Below the pieces are notes generated by a model, which did no database searches, was not told the DNA's origin, and saw only the letters and a program-made list of their open reading frames with translations. The position numbers and the translations under genes were made by a program. Source: Tubiluchus corallicola (lineage: Eukaryota; Animalia; Priapulida). From it: a DNA stretch of 64,000 nucleotides. The stretch's first letter is position 1. Every line of letters starts with the position of its first letter. Positions 59,482-64,000 of the stretch are shown here, one piece after another. The DNA lies in NCBI GenBank assembly GCA_030141605.1, contig JAQGDQ010000014.1, positions 1,364,001 to 1,428,000 on the forward strand, given 5' to 3'.

Positions 59482-60095
59482 TTACACATACCATTCCTTC
59501 ACATCCTTTAAATCTTTTTTCTTTGTTAGTTTGCCTAGTTTGCTATTTACTCCACCATTTGTTCGTGATGCCATTATGACTGTTGCTAGAGGCGGGGTAA
59601 ACTGAAAGTTTTTGTCTTCATTTACTTTGCACACAGCATCTTTTTTGCTGCACATTTTGTACAATACTAGTATAAGCACAAACATGGCTAAGAGAATGGC
59701 CCCTACTATGCCTACTATCAAGGCAAGATTTCCTTGTGTTTCTTCTGGTTTTTCTTCGCTGGCCTCTTTGCGTCCATGATCATTTTCGGTGGGCGAATTA
59801 GTGGACTTCTTCTTGTTAGAGTACTCTGTTATTGTTTCAATAACAAAAATGTCTTCCGTGGTTACCTCTGGTTTCTCTGAGGTGATAGTCAGTGAGACCG
59901 GGCTGCTACTGTTGCTGATAAAAAAATCGTCCAAAGGAGTGGTTTTTACTGTTGAGATACTTGCCGTTGGCGTAGTCATTACCAGGCTTGCTTTTGATAA
60001 CTTTGTCGGTTGCGTTGTTGTTGACCTCTCTGCTGGCATGAACGACTCTAATGCCTTCATCATTACATTTGTGTCGGGTTCTGCATATAGCTCAC
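59482..60095 (-). CDS. NRXN: Neurexin last coding exon: Ser/Thr-rich stalk, TM helix, cytoplasmic tail with class II PDZ ligand
   Basis: Acceptor atttttag|GT GAG CTA... (phase 1) is in frame with ORF 59482-60063. TM helix LALIVGIVGAILLAMFVLILVLY; C-terminus KKKDLKDVKEWYV, typical of protostome neurexin. A candidate AATAAA lies at 59112-59117. Confidence 0.92.
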
Positions 60096-60147
60096 CTAAA
60101 AATAAATTGTAATATCCACTATAAGTTTCTGTACTAAATCCTTATTC

Positions 60148-60793
60148 GGCGTATTTCACAGTGAGGACTCGCAGCAAATTCTTCGAGCAATTCCTCGTGA
60201 GGAATTCTGCTGCCAGTCCTCCCCGTGAGGGCTTTTGCCGCATGGTAGAAATACTGCGTGTTCCATTTTCGTGAAGAATCCTGGCGATATTCACTCTTAA
60301 ATTTAACTACTCAATTATTTCTTTCTTATTTAACAAATTACAATTAACACATTTCAGTATAAAATTATAAGATGTGATCTCTCTTTTAACAGACGTATGA
60401 TTTTATGTTTTATTAATGCAACATCGATGGCCATATTCGTGAAAAAGAAAAACAACGCATGCATACACTTATTTTATATATGTATATTTTCAGATTTAGA
60501 AATGGTTAGTAGAACTTTACTAAAAAACAAAAGGTTTGACATTACATTGATTAACATCATTAATTGTACTTTGTATATGAGAAATACGGCAAGTATAACT
60601 TAATTTAGACATCGTTATGCAGTATAAAACTCGCAAACTGGATGCGCGGAAAAAAGCCACACGGTTTCACTTTGAAATGAACTTTCTTGCTGCATGGCAC
60701 TTCGAGAAAAGCGGACATTTTCAGAAATTCTTCTAATTTTCTAACAGCAATTCCGTACGCCAGTTTTCCTTGCCTCCGACTGTGAAACGGGCC
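60148..60793 (-). mobile_element. PIF/Harbinger-like MITE, full-length copy in the last neurexin intron
   Basis: Imperfect TIRs GGCGTATTTCACAGT / ACTGTGAAACGGGCC. The interior is the reverse complement of the copy at 12328. Confidence 0.75.
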
Positions 60794-62034
60794 TGAGTCG
60801 AGAATTTTTACTTCTGTTAAACACAAACACCTAACCAGTTAGAACAGCGGAACTTCTGAGTCAACTGCAGAAGTTTTAATACGCGCGCCTTCGTCCTGTC
60901 CAACTGCTTGTGTAATTTGAAACCAATTTTTTTCAAGCAGCGAGGTTCATTTGGCGCAAGGTAACAATGATTTAAGTTTCTTTTGTACTCTTAAGCACGA
61001 CAATATATCATGTTGGAGGGTTGATTTTTATTTTAGAGGAAAACAGGATTATTTTTCGTATCCTAACTCATTTTGAAGTATGGCAAAAACATACATTTCA
61101 AGACCTGAAATAATGCCAAAGCGTTTCCAATAATAATAGGTTAAAAATTTAATTAACGGCAGGCGAGCCCAACTAACGATGACATCACAACTGAACATAA
61201 ATTTCAGCAGCACAAATGTTCCACGAGCATGTTGCACAACGCAGCACGTGTTTGTGAAAGCGAAAATTGAAGGACAACGCTGCCGCACAACATTCAGTGT
61301 GATACAAACACTCGGCAAATTTTAAGTTTAAAATTCAAATTTCAACATTAATGTTTGTGCTAACACGTGAACTCTGTAGCGTGCACGCTACATACGAACG
61401 CAATGAACACCTCTGAACTGAAACGTACAGCAACCGTTTTTCCGAGATGCAGGAGCCAGTATCCATTTAACTAACAAATGGCAAAATACATGTAATGGCA
61501 ATCACGTTAGTCATTCTTGAAAAAAAGATGGATTTTGCTTTAAATTCTACAAAATTATTTTAGTGCATGGCATTTGCACAACACAGTCCTGAACAAAAGA
61601 AAATTAATACGTTAGTAAATTTCAAAACTGAATATTAAAGTTCATGGGCTAGGCTAGATATGTGCATCATCTCAGGCGACAAATTCTAATTGCAATTTTT
61701 TATTTCTTATACATCTTGAACCTTACCAGATCATAGCTAATTATCAATACCGTTAGATTTGGCAAATAATTCGAGAAAGCCTGGGATTTTAGCATTACAT
61801 GAATTGACAACATATCTTAGCATGCAGGAGAAGAAGCCATTGCTACGGTGATGAGGCAAAGATTATTTGCTTTAAAAACTGTATAGTGACAGCTATAGAG
61901 AATACCATTAAATAGTAGTCTTATACTAAAACTTTTACTTTGCTTTTACTTTAAAGGAAAACGGGATAATTTTTCATATCCTAACTCATTTTGAGAAGCT
62001 AAGTAAGAATCGCCTTAAAGAAAGCCTTAAAACC

Positions 62035-62240
62035 TTACAAAAAACCACCTGGCAAACCTAAAACATCTTGGATAGCTAAGATAAATAAAGATGTTCAACA
62101 ACTTCAACCAAATCTATCTTTACGAGTAGAAGATTTTGCGTTTCTTAGCTGCAGATAGAAGTGGATGGAATACTCTGATAAACGTTGATACCTCAATGCC
62201 GACACTGGGTGGAATGAGACTTCGCAGAAGAAGAAGAAGA
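62035..62240 (+). mobile_element. 5'-truncated RTE-type LINE 3' end with (AAG)n tail
   Basis: KPPGKPKTSWIAKINKD...LAADRSGW, then a short UTR and AGAAGAAGAAGAAG. Confidence 0.65.
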
Positions 62241-62559
62241 TGCTAAAACTACATAGCTTTAGAAAAAATTTTATACGAACAAAATATTAATAATTATTAA
62301 TACACTTTGCATGTGCAAGTTACCACATTTATCCATAGTTTGGTGCAGGAAACTTCCTAGAAGATGCATTTTGGAAAAAATATTCTGATTATCATAAGAA
62401 TTGCATGTAAAATGAGGGAGTATAAAGTCAGGCTTAACGAGCAAATATCTGGAAGCAGGAAATTTATGTTGAACTTTGATACGTTGTCTACATCACCATC
62501 TACAAAACTTTTTGGAACATGCATTTTGAAACAGTTCTGCGCCGAACTCATTTTAACTA

Positions 62560-62930
62560 GTTGCCATGGTTGCAAAATGAAAAAAAAACATTTTCAGATG
62601 TCCAGAAAAACGTGCACCATAGTCAAGCCAAGCAGAAAGCAAACAGGAATTTGTTCGGCCATATGGTTTTAGTGGTCCAGAGCCATATGAGTGGCGTTTT
62701 CGTAAAAAACAAATAAAGCAGCTTTAACCAGAGAATTAGAAAAGACAGTTTCCCTGGCAGCCGTAATCTCATTTCCATCAACAACAGTAACAGATGGCAT
62801 GGGCCAGGTGCGGACGATGAAGAGGAATGTCGAAACATGTGCAGAAATAGCAGACTCTATTCTAGCCAAGGTGCTGCTCGAGGAGGCAAGAGTGATTGTA
62901 TGCTGCTGAATTCGACTGGACTTCGGAGTC
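62560..62930 (+). mobile_element. DNA transposase remnant, probably Academ-like
   Basis: Across frameshifts it reads KTFSD..KANRNLFGHMVLV..KTNKAALTRELEK..DGMGQV. I recognise these motifs from large invertebrate transposon proteins; the superfamily assignment is from memory. Confidence 0.5.
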
Positions 62931-63848
62931 AGTGGGTCGAACCTCAGGATAGCCTGGCGGCCTTTTAATCCCCCATTATGATGACCCATTTTGTACAGTT
63001 GCGCTTTTGATAATGTAATTAATTATCCAACGAATGGCATCGTATGAAATTCTCTAGACGTAATTGCAAGACGAAAAATATTTCCTTCACTAATTTTGTG
63101 TCTTCTTGAGAGTAACGGCATAATTATGTCGAAGTCATATGTCGTAGGTCCGTTTTCAATTTAAAGGAAACAAAGTTATTAGAATTTTACTGTGATCTTG
63201 TGTTCTTTTAAGAAAAAGTGTCCTGCGACAGTAACACTATTACATAGCTGATTACAATGGTTCGTAGAATAATATTAAAAAAACTTCTAATACATACATG
63301 TTTACAACAAGTGCGCAGCTTCTTCAATTGTTATGCAAAAATTTGCCATAATATGGCTTTTTAGGGTTGGTCCCAGAAATGGGCTCGTACCAGTAATAAG
63401 TTAAAATTTGGCAAGGTCCAATATTCAACAATATAATCAAGCGATGTAGAAGGAATAAAATATTACTATTAGAATTTGTCCCCCGCAAGATGAAACTAAT
63501 ACGTGAAATTCTAGGCTTTGGCCCAAAGACTGTTTTTGGCTACGTGAGCAGTCACCCTTGAAATACACATCACTGCTGGACTTTTCATGTGTATCTAACG
63601 CCATCAAGACTAGGTTATCAAATGCAGGTAGAAAAACGTTTGTCACATTCACTGGTTGCCATAATTACTGTTTGCCTAAGCAATGAGACTAATGACAGGG
63701 CTAGATTGGAGAACAGATTGGTAAATCTGAGTAGCCATTTCTTACAACCGTACACCCGTGAGCTGATTCTTTTAACTTAACTAACAAACCGTTATTACAC
63801 CCTGTTAAATTGTTACTGCTACTGCAGCATTTGTAAACTTATTTATAC

Positions 63849-64000
63849 CTGATCCGGAAGTACATAGCTCCTCATCGTCACAGCCAGAACCTTCAAAAGA
63901 ATCCTGCCGTGCAGTGTTAGTGGATGGCACACTCATGTCTGTGCGAGGTATTTTTGTTGCAGTTGGCAATGGTTTAACCGTCCATATTTTACCGGAAGTG
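63849..64000 (-). CDS. NRXN: Neurexin penultimate exon (partial): stalk and Cys-loop with Ser-Gly glycosaminoglycan-type sites
   Basis: Open frame TSGKIWTVKPLPTATKIPRTDMSVPSTNTARQDSFEGSGCDDEELCTSGS-G|gtataa. The acidic two-Cys loop is the neurexin stalk hallmark, and the phase-1 donor matches the last exon. Confidence 0.88.

Overview
AT-rich, intron- and repeat-dense genomic DNA from an invertebrate animal (eukaryotic; most listed ORFs are spurious or are transposon debris). Three spliced protein-coding genes lie in tandem on the minus strand. (1) The 3' end of a neurexin: a Cys-loop exon at 63849-64000 and the stalk/TM/PDZ-ligand last exon at 59482-60095, ending KEWYV. (2) A complete five-exon thioredoxin (39726->31829) whose coding exons match the vertebrate TXN layout and carry a WCGPC active site. 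Its last exon continues into a ~60-aa poly-Asp/Glu tail and a basic NLS-like motif, which is the most notable feature of the window. (3) The 5' part of a CELF/Bruno RNA-binding protein gene (two RRM1 exons at 21695-21877 and 13433-13515; no further exons recognised, so the rest probably lies left of the window). Introns and spacers contain decayed LINEs (CR1/L2-like, RTE-like), a tRNA-headed SINE, a Helentron-type HINE, three copies of a Harbinger-like MITE, an Academ-like transposase remnant, a full-length diverged U6 copy, 45-bp and 149-bp tandem repeats, long microsatellites, and a three-copy unclassified element with conserved, partly covarying hairpins. All calls were made by eye without database searches.
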